DNA from: Felis catus | Taxonomy: Eukaryota | DNA: 64,000 bases | NCBI RefSeq assembly: GCF_018350175.1 | Contig: NC_058373.1 | Location: 102,984,001 to 103,048,000, forward strand | Direction of reading: 5' to 3' | In this document: positions 1 to 12,070 of the stretch, piece after piece | How the letters are laid out: the number at the start of each line of letters is the position of its first letter | How positions within the stretch are numbered: the stretch's first letter is position 1 | Position numbers and translations under genes: made by a program | Notes under the pieces: model-generated | Databases searched by the model: none | What the model saw: only the letters and a program-made list of their open reading frames with translations | Told to the model about the DNA's origin: nothing

Positions 1-270
1 ACAAGACCAAGAGGAGCATGAACTACCAGGGCATTTGAACTTTATGAGGCCGTGCAGTTGACCTTCAACCCAACACTCATTTCTTTTGCCCTGCTGATGT
101 TACTGCTGTGCATCCAACATGGCCTCAATAATGTTGAGAATGGAAGTTCTGATGTTTAATCTGTTGTCACTCTCACTAAACGGCTGTAGGTCTCCCTCAA
201 ACTTGAACTGCTGATATTACAGTTAACTCTTTATTAGATATTACACCTAACTCCTAATTATTTAATGTAT

Positions 271-780
271 CAGTAAAGATTAGGTTCTGTTGTAACGAAG
301 ACTTGAATATGGTAGCCTAAGTACACAGTGGCCTAAATTCTTTCACTTAAAAGAAGTCTGGAAGAAAGTTCAGGGTTTGTATGGCAGCTCCATGAAGCCA
401 TTAAAAAGTCAGGCTCTTCTCTCTTCAGTACATAGTTTTCATCACCAAGGTCTTCTCAGAAGACTGTTGAAGGTCTAGCCATCATGTCTATATCCCAGGC
501 AGTAGGAAGGAGGAAGGAGGCAAGAGACAAAGGGCTCTTTTTCCCAGCAGTGACTGCCAAGTTTAAATCTTACGCAGGCCCTCTTGGAAATTCCATACAA
601 TGTTGCCGATTACATCGCTGATCACATGTCACTGAGTGGGACTTCGTCACATGACTATAGCTAACTGCAAAGCAGACTGGGAAATGCCTTTCCGCTGTGT
701 GTATTGCTGGACCAAATAAAATCAAGGTTCCTTTTACTAAGGAAAAGATAAAAGTGGAAGCAAAAAATAGTTTCTGCCAT
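271..780 (-). mobile_element. Old MaLR solo LTR (MLT1J/K-like)
   Basis: Resembles recalled MLT1J/K consensus in antisense, ending tttctgcca; similar to 9500-9920. Confidence 0.55.
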
Positions 781-989
781 GTTCGTTTGGATTTCTTGGG
801 GCTCTTTGCCTTTTGTCTTTCTGTTATTAAGACTTTTCAGGGAGAAAAGGAAATAGAACTAAAATTCACACTAATAAATTTTGTTTCTTACCATCAGATT
901 TGATTTAAAAAAAACGCTGGAAAAGAGGCCAGAATCCCCATCTCTATCTGCATTACTTTTCCATATGTTTCTGTCTTATATGTTCTGTC

Positions 990-1200
990 TCCATCACAGG
1001 TCTGGAGCGGGTAGGTGCCAAGTTTGACAGTGGCAGGTAGACACATAGCTCTACAGTTGGAGGGAGAGATAAGGGCTGAATACACAAATCTGGAGATCCA
1101 TAGGGTCAGAGGAGGGTATAAGCCCTAGGAAACAATGGGTGAATATGAAAAGCGAGGAGAAGGAGCCCCCAGAGAACCCAGGACAACCTCAACATATATT
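990..1200 (-). mobile_element. L2 LINE fragment
   Basis: Degenerate purine-rich L2 antisense motifs (acaaatctggagat, agagaacccaggacaac). Confidence 0.4.
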
Positions 1201-1744
1201 CCTCTTGATTCTTTACCTTACGCTTTTGCAGTGTCTCTGGCCATCCATCCTCTTTTGAGAGTTTCTTGACAATCATGGAGGTGGAATGTCTTTAACATGT
1301 TTGAACTCTCCAGAATTTGGGCATTCAGCCAGCACAGAGGGTTGGTAAGAACTTCTGGCCAAACTTCAAGAGGTTCTCAGAGAGCACATGTTACTTTCCT
1401 TGAAATGCCAGCTTCTTCCATGAGCAATTTCATCTCTAATCCCCCAAGCTCACACATCAGATTTACTTGATAGTCTCTTGAAGAATTAAGACAGTCTTGA
1501 TTTTCAAGTGAGTAGAGCTAATAATTTTATTTTGTTAAAAACCAAGGTTCTAACATGTGTATGGTAACACATTATGAAAGCTTTTCTTAGCACTCCTGCC
1601 CTGAAATCCTCTCCTCCACTCCACTGAATTTGTTATAATCTTACATGAATGAAGGTGACTGGTGGCAGAGCAGCTTTTAAAATAATCTGCAGTGTCTCCC
1701 AATTCTGTGCTCCAAGTCTTCCTGCCATAGAGCACCAACTTATA

Positions 1745-1898
1745 ATTTGTCTGCCTCAATGTCTATTTCCCACTGGGCTGTAAATTCTTGGAAAAGAAGA
1801 ATGGGTCTTATTTAAATTTGACAACCTCAGCATCTTGCACAGTGCCTGGCATTTATCTGGTCCTCATTAAATATTTTTGAATGGATGGATGAATAAAC
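1745..1898 (+). mobile_element. L2 LINE 3' end
   Basis: ctgtaaattctt...gcacagtgcctggcat...taaatatttttgaatggatggatgaa, the typical L2 terminus. Confidence 0.7.
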
Positions 1899-2089
1899 AG
1901 TAAAGAGCTTCCAATCACACTGCTCTTGTAGACACTGAAAACACTTCTATTAACATGTCAGGCCAAGATTGGCTGGCATGGACTGCATTAATGTGACATT
2001 ATGTTCTATTGGTTTGACTTCTTACACACTGATGTTGTGAAGAATGCCAGGTGTGGGTCATGAAACTTGGTCACAGAAAAAGAGAATCT

Positions 2090-2172
2090 GTGGGAGAAGA
2101 AGAGGGAGGAGGAGGAAGAGGAGAAAAAGACGGAGGAGGAGAAGAAAGAGAGGAGGAGGAGGAGAAGGAAAA
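2090..2172 (+). repeat. GA-rich low-complexity tract, (GGA)n-like
   Basis: Almost purely purine sequence seen directly. Confidence 0.85.
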
Positions 2173-2521
2173 GCATATGGTTTTCTAAATTCTGTACGTG
2201 TGGAAACATAGGGATGCACTTCATCTCTTGTATCTTACAACAAGGTTCATAGCGTTACCAAAAAGGAAAAACCTCAAGGAGTGAACCTAACAACTGAGTG
2301 GTTTGAAGAGAAAAGGGTACATGAAATGCTCGTCTTTCTTGGAGGAGAAATGAGAATCCTTTTGTCAATGGTTAACCAATGTGAACTTGAAGGTGGTAAG
2401 AAGAGGCAGAGCGTTGCTGAACTTGACTCACTCCACAACCTCTGGCCAACCTTATCCATCTCTTGTGTTCACCTCCTCTGAAACTCTCTCCTTGGATCTT
2501 CGTTAAAGGATTGCCAAGTAT

Positions 2522-2741
2522 GGGGCGCCTGGGTGGCTCAGTCGGTTAAGCGGCTGACTTCGCTCAGGTCATGATCTTGAGGTCCGTGAGTTCGAGCCCT
2601 GCGTCGGGCTCTGTGCTGACAGCTCAGAGCCTGGAGCCTGCTTTGGATTCTATGTCTCCCTCTCTTTGACCCTCCCCTGTTCATGCTCTGTCTCTCCCAG
2701 TCTCAAAAATAAATAAAACGTTAAAAAAATAAAAGTTAAAA

Positions 2742-2781
<40 letters not shown>

Positions 2782-2782
2782 A
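2522..2782 (+). mobile_element. Can-SINE, full length, (TAAA)n tail
   Basis: ggggcgcctgggtggctcagtcggttaag head, B box gttcgagcc, CT-rich body; TSD gattgccaagta at 2509-2520 and 2784-2795. Confidence 0.96.
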
Positions 2783-3319
2783 TGATTGCCAAGTAGACTA
2801 GCCTTGTCAGCACTGAGCCTCATCTTCAGATATCATCTGGGCCATCTGTGCTGCTTTAGCAATACTCAGGTCCTTTTCTCTGCAATCCTTTCATGACCTG
2901 CCCTTTGGTGGGGGCCATTATTACAGGTTCTTGCTTCAGACATTAGTGGCATACGCTTCAGGTCTTAATCCTTAAGGAGATAAAAAGTTGTGTCTTGTAA
3001 GGACTGAGGACAGAGGGTGTGATTGAGAGCTTTACTGCTGCCTCTGACTCCCCGAGGATCTTCCACAACAGTGAGTTTGCTGACCTGACAGGATTCACAA
3101 TTAGGGAAGCAATGCCCAGGCCTCCTTCCCATCTTTGACTTGGCCATTTGATTACAGGAGCCTGGTGAGCTCTGTGGAGTCTGAGAGTGAAGAAAGATGC
3201 AGATCCTTCTGACCAGAAATGGGTTGTACCTGCAGTTAGTCAGTGTACTATGCCTTGTGACAGTATTTGTCATGGTAGTTTGGGGACTTGAGGCATCAGC
3301 ATAACCAGGCATGATTATT

Positions 3320-3503
3320 TTTTTAGATGATTTTTTAAAATGTGTGTTTATTTTTGAGAGAGAGAGACACACAGAATCTGAAGCAGGTTCCAGGCTCTGA
3401 GCTGTCAGCAGAGAGCACAATGTGAGGCTCAAACCCATGAACTGTGAGATCATGACCTAAGCCCAAGTCCCATACCTAACCAACTGAGCCACCCAGGCTC
3501 CCT
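3320..3503 (-). mobile_element. Can-SINE with internal deletion of part of the CT region
   Basis: Antisense SINE head; TSD ataaccaggcatRattatt at 3301-3319 and 3506-3524. Confidence 0.92.
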
Positions 3504-3654
3504 AAATAACCAGGCATAATTATTAAAGATTCTGTTTCCTGGGCTTACTTCAAACCTAATCAGAACCTCTGGAGAATTTTCATAAAGGAGAGGCTTGGGG
3601 TCAGCAATCTGTTTACTAAAGGGGCTACGATTCTTGTCTTGAAAGTGTTTCAGT

Positions 3655-4150
3655 AGTAAATACAGTCTGACTTAGAGTCTGTGTAACTGAATAAGAGCCT
3701 GAACTGAAAACAAGCAAATGTCCATCAGTAAGTAGGTGAATGGATAAACAAATTGTGGTATATCTTCACAATGGACAATGATTCAACAATAAGAAGGAAT
3801 AAACTAGTGATATAGGCAACTATAAGGATAAATTTCACAGACACTGTGCTGAGCAGAAAGAAGCCAGAAACAAGAGAATACACACTGCTTATTGTATTCA
3901 TAAAAGAACCCTAGAAAAGACAGTCTAGCGCATGGTGACAGAAGAGGGATCAGGTCTTGCTGATCTGGGAGGAGGGGTAGAGATTGACTGGGAGAGAGAG
4001 AGAGAGTAATTTGGGGAATGATGAAAATGTTTGTTTAGAAGTCCTTGTGGTTGTGGGCATATAAAATTGTCAAAATTTGTCAAAACTTGCACTTAAGATG
4101 AGTGCATTTTATTGTATATAAATGACATCTCAACACAATTGATTTTTACA
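3655..4150 (+). mobile_element. Old L1 (L1ME/MC-like) 3' end
   Basis: caaatgtccatca...gaatggataaacaaattgtggtatat...gcacttaagatgagtgcattttattgtat. Confidence 0.8.
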
Positions 4151-4165
4151 AAGAGCCATGGTTTC

Positions 4166-4375
4166 TTGTTTTTTTAAGTTTATTTATTTTGAGAGAGAGA
4201 GAGCTCAAGAGAGAACATGAGGGGGAGGGGCAGAGAGAGAGGGAGACAGGATCCCAAGCAGGTTCCACACTGTCAACATGTAGGCCACTGAGCAGCTCGA
4301 ACTCATGAACTATGAGATCATGACCTGAGCTGAAATCAAGAATTGGATGCTTGACTGAGCCACCCAGGTGCTCCC
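4166..4375 (-). mobile_element. Can-SINE (older subfamily)
   Basis: tttatttattttgagagaga...gagatcatgacctgagctgaaatcaag...cacccaggtgctccc. Confidence 0.92.
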
Positions 4376-5014
4376 ATAGAGAAGTGGTTTCTAAAGATTC
4401 ACACTTTATGGAAGAATGATGAAATAAATTGCAGTTGTTCATATCATATCAATGTACATTACTGGTTTTATAAAATTTGGTGTGGCTTTTGGTGCTCATG
4501 GGGATTATTGGGTGTAGGTTCTCTCTGAACACTTCTTGATAGCCCTACTGATCCTGGGCAATGAAGCCCAGGGTTCTGTACTTGAACACGTCCCCAGGTG
4601 ATTCTTATCTGCAGTTGAGCCCCTCTGCTAATGGTACCCAGTGCCCTAAGGATTTTTGAGCTGTCTTTGAATGACAGCTGACTTGCTGATGTTGGCCAGA
4701 CTCAATGAGCTTGGGGCCTGAGAAAATTGTTATTACTTTGTCAAGTTCATAAACTTCAGTATTACTTACAAGGCCTCACTGACATAGTTGCAATATATCT
4801 TTGACTAATTTGCATGCAGTAACCTTATCTTGTTAACCAAGGGGGGGTTGATTGCTTTGTTTGCACATCTGATAGATTTCAGATTGCTTGAACAACCAAG
4901 TGTCATCCCAGACAGCCAGTATTGTAGGAACCGGTGGTCTCTGTGGCTCATAATCTCTTCCAGCACCATCCTAGATTTTCTCTTTGGGAGGACAAAGTTG
5001 CTCGTACCTTAATG

Positions 5015-5200
5015 ACATCACCTAACACTTAGTGACCACTTCCTGAATGCCAGGCTGAGCACCTAGCAGTCATCATCTCATTTAATCCTTACACTATCCA
5101 AATGAAGAGGAATCTATGATTCAGAGAGATTGGGGGACTTGCCAGAATGTTTACATCTGCTTTAGCATTAGAGCTAGCCTTCAACCCATGTCCAGCGCTA
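5015..5200 (-). mobile_element. MIR SINE fragment
   Basis: atctcatttaatcctt...tgattcagagagatt...gacttgcc, antisense MIR core. Confidence 0.6.
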
Positions 5201-5204
5201 AAGG

Positions 5205-5373
5205 GGTGGCCCTCAGCCATGCTTTCACATTAGAATCATTTGAGGAGCTTGTAAAACTCCTAATGCCTAGGCTCTCCCCCAGAACAGTTAAATCAGAATC
5301 TCTGGGGGTGTGACCCAGTATTTTTTAAAAGCTCCCTGATGATTCTAATGTGCAACAAAGGCTAGGAACCATG
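5205..5373. mobile_element. MER5A-like hAT-Charlie MITE
   Basis: cacattagaatca...aaatcagaatctctgggggtg...aagctccctgatgattctaatgtgca. Confidence 0.8.
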
Positions 5374-5589
5374 CTCCAACTTCTGGGCCCTAGGCCACGA
5401 TGTTGTAATAAAAGATGGTGAGCACAGCACACCATGTTCACCTGGAACTGATTGAGTGACGTATTTCTTTTCAGGTCCTCCATGCTAATTATGACCCTAC
5501 TCCCTCTCTCCTGTGATTTAGCATCGTTTTGCAGGTATCGACTTTCAGGGAGACCAGTGTTCCTGATTTGAATGGGTATATTCAAAGGA

Positions 5590-6070
5590 TCTTTCCTTCC
5601 CTCCTTCCTCTAACATCTACCCAATACCTGCCATGCATGAGGCGCTGGTTTTACAAAGTGAACAAGCCCACCTGTGCTTCCAGGGATATTGCCCTGGAAG
5701 GGGAATGGAAGCTCAGGGAGATCAAGGACACACGGAGGAATCAGCAAAGTCTCCCTGGAGGAGATGCCAGCTGAGCGAACTGGTGGTTAGAGATTAGTCA
5801 GGCGAGGGGAGAGAAGCATTGTAGGCTGGGGGACTACGTGAGCAAAGACACAGGGCGAGTGATGGCAGAAACATGGGATAGACTCTCTGCACTTCCAGGT
5901 GTAGGAACCACATAGGAGGCAAAAAATGAAGAGTCACAAGCCAGAAGAGGAAGGTGAATGACCTTCAAAGCATGGGGAACTTGTACTTTGTTCTGTAGGA
6001 GCCAGTAGGTCACCAAAGTGTTTCAAATAGGAAAGTGATGTGGTCAAGAGTCGATGTTTAAGGTAGTGTT
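5590..6070 (-). mobile_element. L2 LINE fragment
   Basis: Degenerate antisense L2 motifs (tacaaagtgaacaag, gggaacttgtactttgttctgtagg). Confidence 0.5.
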
Positions 6071-6324
6071 GGAGGAAGAGAAACCCCAGGGAGCAAATGT
6101 GGAGGAAAGAAAAGGCAGCAAATATACCTTATAGCATTCTACTCTATCTTCCGTTGGAATGGAAATATCCCAATGAGTATAGCTGAGGGAAAAGGGCTCT
6201 TAACCTGACCAGCGTATTGAACAGATCGATAAAGACTGACTTGATTATAGCTGGTAATGACAAGCTCCATTCCTTCTTGGCCAAGCAATCTTCTTATAAT
6301 TGGAGAAAGAAAATGTTTGTCAGC

Positions 6325-6465
6325 CTAGGGATGGGTTTTCATACATGGCTCTAGGGATCCATGAACCCACTGAAATTGTGTGCAAAATTCTGTGCATTTT
6401 CCTGGGAGAGGGTCTGTAGCTTTCATCATATTTTCAAAGGCATTCAGGACCCACAGACTGAGCAG
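6325..6465 (-). mobile_element. Charlie4z-like hAT MITE
   Basis: ccatgaacccactgaaattgtgtgcaaaatt...gggagagggtctgtagctttcatca matches recalled consensus. Confidence 0.7.
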
Positions 6466-7168
6466 TTGAAGATTAAAATACAAAAGTTTAGCTAAAGATG
6501 ATGTATTCTTTTGGCTGACCTGGAGAAAGGCCTTGGGAGAAAGGCCCAAATGGATTCTCACAAGTGTTTTTAAAGGTGAAATTTGAGGTACCAGACTCCT
6601 TGCATTGCCAATAGTAAGTATATACATAAGCTCATACATACTTATCTCTGATGCAAAGCATTTGAAGGACATTTTTCTAGGCAAGGTGTATAAGCCTGAT
6701 TCTTGACTCTACAGCTGTAGCACTGAAAGACAAGCTGACTCTAACAAAGGGATGAACGTTGCCCAGAGGGGATTCCTGTTAGGAGCAGCAGCTGTTGAGA
6801 TGATTGGTGCTGCAGGTGCCAGAGCCAAGGTCTGAGAGTGCTGCTGGCTCTGAGGCCCAGATGGCCTGCTGAGAAGGGGCCCGGGTACCCACCTTGCTGA
6901 GGCTTTTGTTGTAACTGTGTATCCATACAAGCAAATGTGTGCTCCCCACCTTGCCTTGATTCATGTTGACAGAGTTACTTGGTAAAGCAGGTGGGTAAGA
7001 GTGACTCTCCCAGCAGGAAAAGTCTGCCTCTGCTGCTTCATGACCAGCTCTCCTGTGATAATGAGCTTCACCCCGCGCCACCTCTAAAGCTGCTGTCCCC
7101 TTTGGAAGCAGCCACATTAAAGAGGTTAATGTTTTCACAGTAAGTGCTGTAGAGGTGGGAGAGGGTGT

Positions 7169-7170
<2 letters not shown>

Positions 7171-7202
<32 letters not shown>
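7171..7202 (+). repeat. (TG)16 microsatellite
   Basis: Seen directly. Confidence 0.97.
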
Positions 7203-7205
<3 letters not shown>

Positions 7206-8269
7206 CACCAGAGTCTGTCAAAGAGTTATGAATAGGTGATGGTACCCACTAATTAATTTTCTCCTCTCCGACAACCACAAATACATTGTCAATGGTCTGA
7301 GCTTCATCTGGCCTATAGTTTCTTCCTTTGCAAAAGGAGGATGTTGCAAAAATGTTACTCCTGCTTAATACTTTCATTAGCTCCCCATTTTTTAGAGCCA
7401 CAGAATCCTGAGGTTTTGTATCTAGGCACCACTGATATTAACAAGAAAGTTCTTAGGTACTCCTCTGCCCTGGTCGGAGGCTCTGCCTTTATCACTTTTA
7501 TGTATTGGGTTTCCAGAAGATTTCATTCGATAGAAGGGTCCACTAAAAATTAGAAAGATCTTGAAAAATAGAGTATGAAAACTATTGGTCCAGACACAAA
7601 ATCTGAGAAAGGGTAGGCTAACCTAGGCACTGCCTGGGAAGTCTATCCCTGAGTTACTGAAATGGTGCCGGAGAACTCAGGTTTCCACACTCAAGTCCTT
7701 AGATGGCTGGGAAAAAGTAACTTGATTCCATTCCCATTGCAGTGGAAGGTAGCCCACATTAGAAAATTTAAAAACAATCCTCCCTGGCTGCCCTTTTTCT
7801 GATAAGTACTTTGCTCTATGCATGCAAGGTTTCAGTCAGTGGAAAGTTGGCAGGCAGCTGAAATCTAGAAACCAAATATGCGTGTCAAGGTGCTGTTTAC
7901 CACGTAAGAGTGATTTACTTTATCATTGAATCAATTTTAAAACCCTAATATGGTTCCCAAGAAGATGTCAGATTTAGAAAAGGGTAGAAGAAAACTGAAG
8001 AGAGAAAAAAACTATAAAAAAGTGAGAACCATTTAACTGAGTTCTTTCCAGAATTTAAATTCTGCTGTGGCTGGTACAAATGGATTAGTATGGGTACCTG
8101 TTTTGTTAATAGATTTTTGGTTCTACTCCCAACCCCACTAAATAACCAGAATATAGAAAAAATACTTAAAGACTATTGGTTTGAGGAGACATCCAATTAT
8201 TAGTCTGCTGAAGTAGCCCATATACCCAGGCCTGGCTTTGCCTGGGAAAGAAGGACTCATTCTTTGGTA

Positions 8270-8715
8270 CTCTTCATCAGGCTCTTCACAATTGGGCTTC
8301 ATATTCCATTTCAAGCTTTTTCCACCATCATTTCCCTCATGAACAACTGTGGATTCCTACCTGTTCCCTAAACCTACCAGATACATTCACTACTTCCCAA
8401 CCTTCCTATATTCCGTTTACTTTATCGAGAATACCCATATATCTAGCTGAAAAACTCTGAAACACTCTTCAAAATCCAACTCAAATATCACCTATTCTTT
8501 GAAGCCTTCCGTAGCACACTCAGTCATTCACTCTGTCATACAGTCCTTATCATACAGCAATGTGATTCTTCCAGTGATTTTTTTCTTTACTGAACCATGA
8601 ACTCCTTGAAGTTTGTGATTATGTTTTATTTATCCTTATATCTCCAGTGTGTATCACAGGACTCTGCATATGGTAAGTGTCCAGTAAGCATTTTTTTTTA
8701 ACATAAATGAATGAC
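8270..8715 (+). mobile_element. L2 LINE 3' region
   Basis: caactcaaatatcacct...gaagccttcc...tatctccagtg...aaatgaatga. Confidence 0.65.
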
Positions 8716-9499
8716 TTGATGACTCTTAAGGTTCCCAATAGCTCTAAAATTGTATTTCCTATGACTTAGCAATGGACACAAGAATTTCAGAATTCTGCAA
8801 GACCATCAAACAACCTATTCTACAGGCTATTGTCTGGGAATCAAAATAAAAGTATCCAGATTGGTCACCGTCTTCTGGAGCTAGTTCATTTTTATTTGGC
8901 ACTACCCAAGCAACTCTACCAATTTCCTTCTTTAGCATCCATCTACATATTGTTAGGTCGGAAACCTTCAGCCTATGGGTGTAGGATAGAGGAAACAAGG
9001 TCTGGGATCATCAGCTATCTTTAACTTGGGGAGCACATGGGGGCTCACTGAGATTCAACTGATAAAACCCGATGTGATTTCAGCTTGAAGGAATTGGATA
9101 GTTGAAAAGGAAAAGGAGTAAATGGATATGTGTGTGTTGCTGTTGCTATGCAATCCAACTGATACTTTGATTTTCTTCTCTCTTTTTTTTTTCTTACCTT
9201 CTTTCTCTTCTTGTTGCTTCTAAGTTTGGCTTCTGTAATCATGTGTTTATTCATGAATGGTTTTATGTATGAGAAAAATAAGTTGGCTTTGAAAAGAGCT
9301 CTTCTAAACTAGAGAAGCTCATTCAAGGTGCTACTGCAATGAGAAGTGGTAGATATTTAAATTCATTTCCCCAGGTATTAGATTCTAGAAAATCACGCGG
9401 GAATACAGAATGCCAAGCTTTCATTTTTAGGAGTTTTTCTCAAAGAAGAAAAACTGGATAATGTAGGTTCTGCAGACTCTAATCTTCTCAGTAACCTGC

Positions 9500-9920
9500 T
9501 AGCTAATGTGTAGGCCTTTGTAACAGAGACCCCAGGCTATAGTGGCTTAAAGGGGACACGAGTTGCTCGTCTGACAGTTCAGTGTAAGCAGTCCGAGATT
9601 GGCTCGGTAGGTCTTTTGTACGAGGGACTCAGGCTCCTTCAGTCTCACTACTCCACCATTTGTAGGGTGTCCCTCTTCCACACTGCTCAGGTGGGCTCCC
9701 AACCATGCTTGCATTCCAGCCAGTGGAGGCAGACAAGGGCAGGTAGAAAAGCTGTCCCTTCCCCTTTTCAGCAATGCCTGGCAGTTGTACAAATCACATC
9801 TGATAGTTTCGGGCTGGGTAGAAGGCAGCCATATGGCTATGTGCCAGTTCAAAACCAGGGGTTTTATTACTACAGAAGAAGGGAGCAGGGGCCCTAAGGG
9901 ACAACTGTCAGGTTCTGCCA
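9500..9920 (-). mobile_element. Old MaLR solo LTR (MLT1J/K-like)
   Basis: tgtaacagagacccc...agtggcttaa...ggggttttattact...gttctgcca. Confidence 0.55.
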
Positions 9921-10296
9921 TGTTGTCAATTCGTGACATTTCCTCAAATTTGGCCTTCATTACAGTTACAGCTATTTTGTAAAAACCTCTTTTTCTTATT
10001 AAAAAGGAAGCTTATGTATTGGCATCTGTGGACATATGTGGGCTCCTTAACTTGTTCCTGAAAGTTTCTTTGATTGATTTCCATAAGCCTCTTAAGAAAG
10101 ACATCATTAGAATATACTCATCCAAGAGTGTAAGGGTCCACTGGGGTTATGCCCAGATATATAAAGAGCAAAACTGACTTAAGGAACATTGCCATCACGT
10201 TTAAAATTATACTTTGAGAGAAAGGTGAGGAAGTTTTCCTCTCAAGTGCTAAGGGTCTGTAGAAGAATATTCATTGATCATGGAGTGCTGTGTTTT

Positions 10297-10502
10297 GTTT
10301 TTTGTTTTAAGTTTATTTATTCCTTTTTTGAGAGAGAGAGAGCAAGCAAAGGAGGGGCAGAGAGAGGAGAGACACAGAATCCCAAGCAGGCTCACACTGT
10401 CAGTGCAGAGCATGTGGGGCTCGAACCCAAGAACCATGAGATTATGACCTGAGCCCAGAACAAAAGTCAGACACTTAACTGACTGAACCACCCAGGCACC
10501 CC
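10297..10502 (-). mobile_element. Can-SINE
   Basis: Antisense SINE; short flanking repeat tgtgtttt. Confidence 0.92.
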
Positions 10503-11207
10503 TGTGTTTTCAGTCTTAAGGAGAATTGCAAGTGGCAATTCCTGTGGCAGAGTCACTATCATTTTCTTCCTTACCTCCAACTTTAAAATCACCTTAGATT
10601 TTTAGAGATTCTTTCACGTTATTTCACGTTAATTCTTTTTTTTTTTTTCTTTCCCTAGTCATTGTCCTTGGCTGCAACCTCAGACTTGTTGACTCTTTCC
10701 TGGAAAACAATGCACTGTCCAGTGAACAACCAATGCCTGGCTGACTCTTCTCTGCCTATCTATCAACCCTCTTTCTTCACTGGCTCCCAGCTGTGTGCCT
10801 GTAATTTCTACCATTAGGATGCCTCCTCTGGGTAGGATCGTTTTCTCTGCTGTTTCCCTTCTGAGAAGAATAATATCTGAGCAGCCAAGAAAACACCAGA
10901 GTGGATTACATTTTCAGATTAGCTGCACAGAACAGAATTTAAGGGCAGGAGAGAGGCGTGCTTTGATGAGAAAACCGCATAACCGTGTCTAAGGCAGGGA
11001 GCAGAGAGTGGGGGCCAGGGGCAGGAGTGGCTTTGGGGAGGGTCACATGTAATCTCTATCACTGCCCCTCCCATAGAATTCCCATACTCTTCAACATGGT
11101 CAGATGTCATTTGCCCAAATGAATGATGTACAGTTATACACTTTCATGTCCAGAACTTGATTCTTCTGTGGTTTACAAATGTTCTTTTCTCGTGTCTTAG
11201 GGGATCA

Positions 11208-11445
11208 ATAATAATATCTAACCTGTACTGGAGGCTTACTCTATGCCTGGCACTGTGCCTCTGTATACTTCATCTCCATTAATCTTCACAACATATTTTT
11301 AAGGTATAGATTATTAATCTTGTTTTACAGATGGGAAAACTGAGGCCTTTAGAGGTGAAGTACTATTTCCAATGTCAGAAAGCTACTGAGTGACAAATCG
11401 GAGATTGAAAGTCATGCCTGCCTGATGAGGAAGCTGTATGCTTAG
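11208..11445 (-). mobile_element. MIR SINE, near full length
   Basis: tatgcctggcactgtg...tttaatcttcacaac...ttttacagatgggaaaactgaggc. Confidence 0.85.
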
Positions 11446-11571
11446 CAGGGCGGTCTTAAACGTTAAGTAATGGACACTGAGCATCTAATGGCCATGGATT
11501 GTCTCCCCCAGCATTCAGCTGTAGAGAGTTTAAAATTTCTGTTCGTGGGCAATTTTGTTATCCCTCTGCCC

Positions 11572-11573
<2 letters not shown>

Positions 11574-11603
<30 letters not shown>
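11574..11603 (+). repeat. C30 homopolymer
   Basis: Seen directly. Confidence 0.9.
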
Positions 11604-11604
<1 letters not shown>

Positions 11605-11840
11605 CTACTCCTGCAAGGTTAAGGAATATGCACTCTTCCCCTGAAGGACTCCATGCTCTGTGAGAATACTCCTCCTGACCTCTGGGCAACATAAGGCCTG
11701 TTTTCCCTAGGCCTTACAGGCCTCCTCACTGTGATATTTGAAATGTGTATTCCAAAGTACTTGTCCATTTAAAGAAAAAGGTCTAAATGGGGAAGGAAAC
11801 CTGCCTGCCCCAAAGTTGCACTTAGAATTATTCACAGGCT

Positions 11841-12070
11841 GGGGCGCCTGGGTGGCGCAGTCGGTTAAGCGTCCGACTTCAGCCAGGTCACGATCTTGCG
11901 GGTCCGTGAGTTCGAGCCCCGTGTCAGGCTCTGGGCTGATGGCTCAGAGCCTGGAGCCTGTTTCCGATTCTGTGTCTCCCTCTCTCTCTGCCCCTCCCCC
12001 GTTCATGCTCTGTCTCTCTCTGTCCCAAAAATAAATAAACGTTGGAAAAAAAAATTAAAAAAAAAAAAAA
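11841..12070 (+). mobile_element. Young feline Can-SINE (SINEC_Fc-type)
   Basis: Many CpGs retained, intact A/B boxes; perfect 17-bp TSD agaattattcacaggct at 11824-11840 and 12071-12087. Confidence 0.97.

Noticed and set aside
2067..2252. Highly charged E/K/R-rich ORF
   Set aside because: It is a translation of a GA-rich low-complexity tract.
2522..2600. tRNA-like A/B boxes as tRNA genes
   Set aside because: They are the tRNA-derived heads of Can-SINEs, followed by a CT tract, A tail and TSD.
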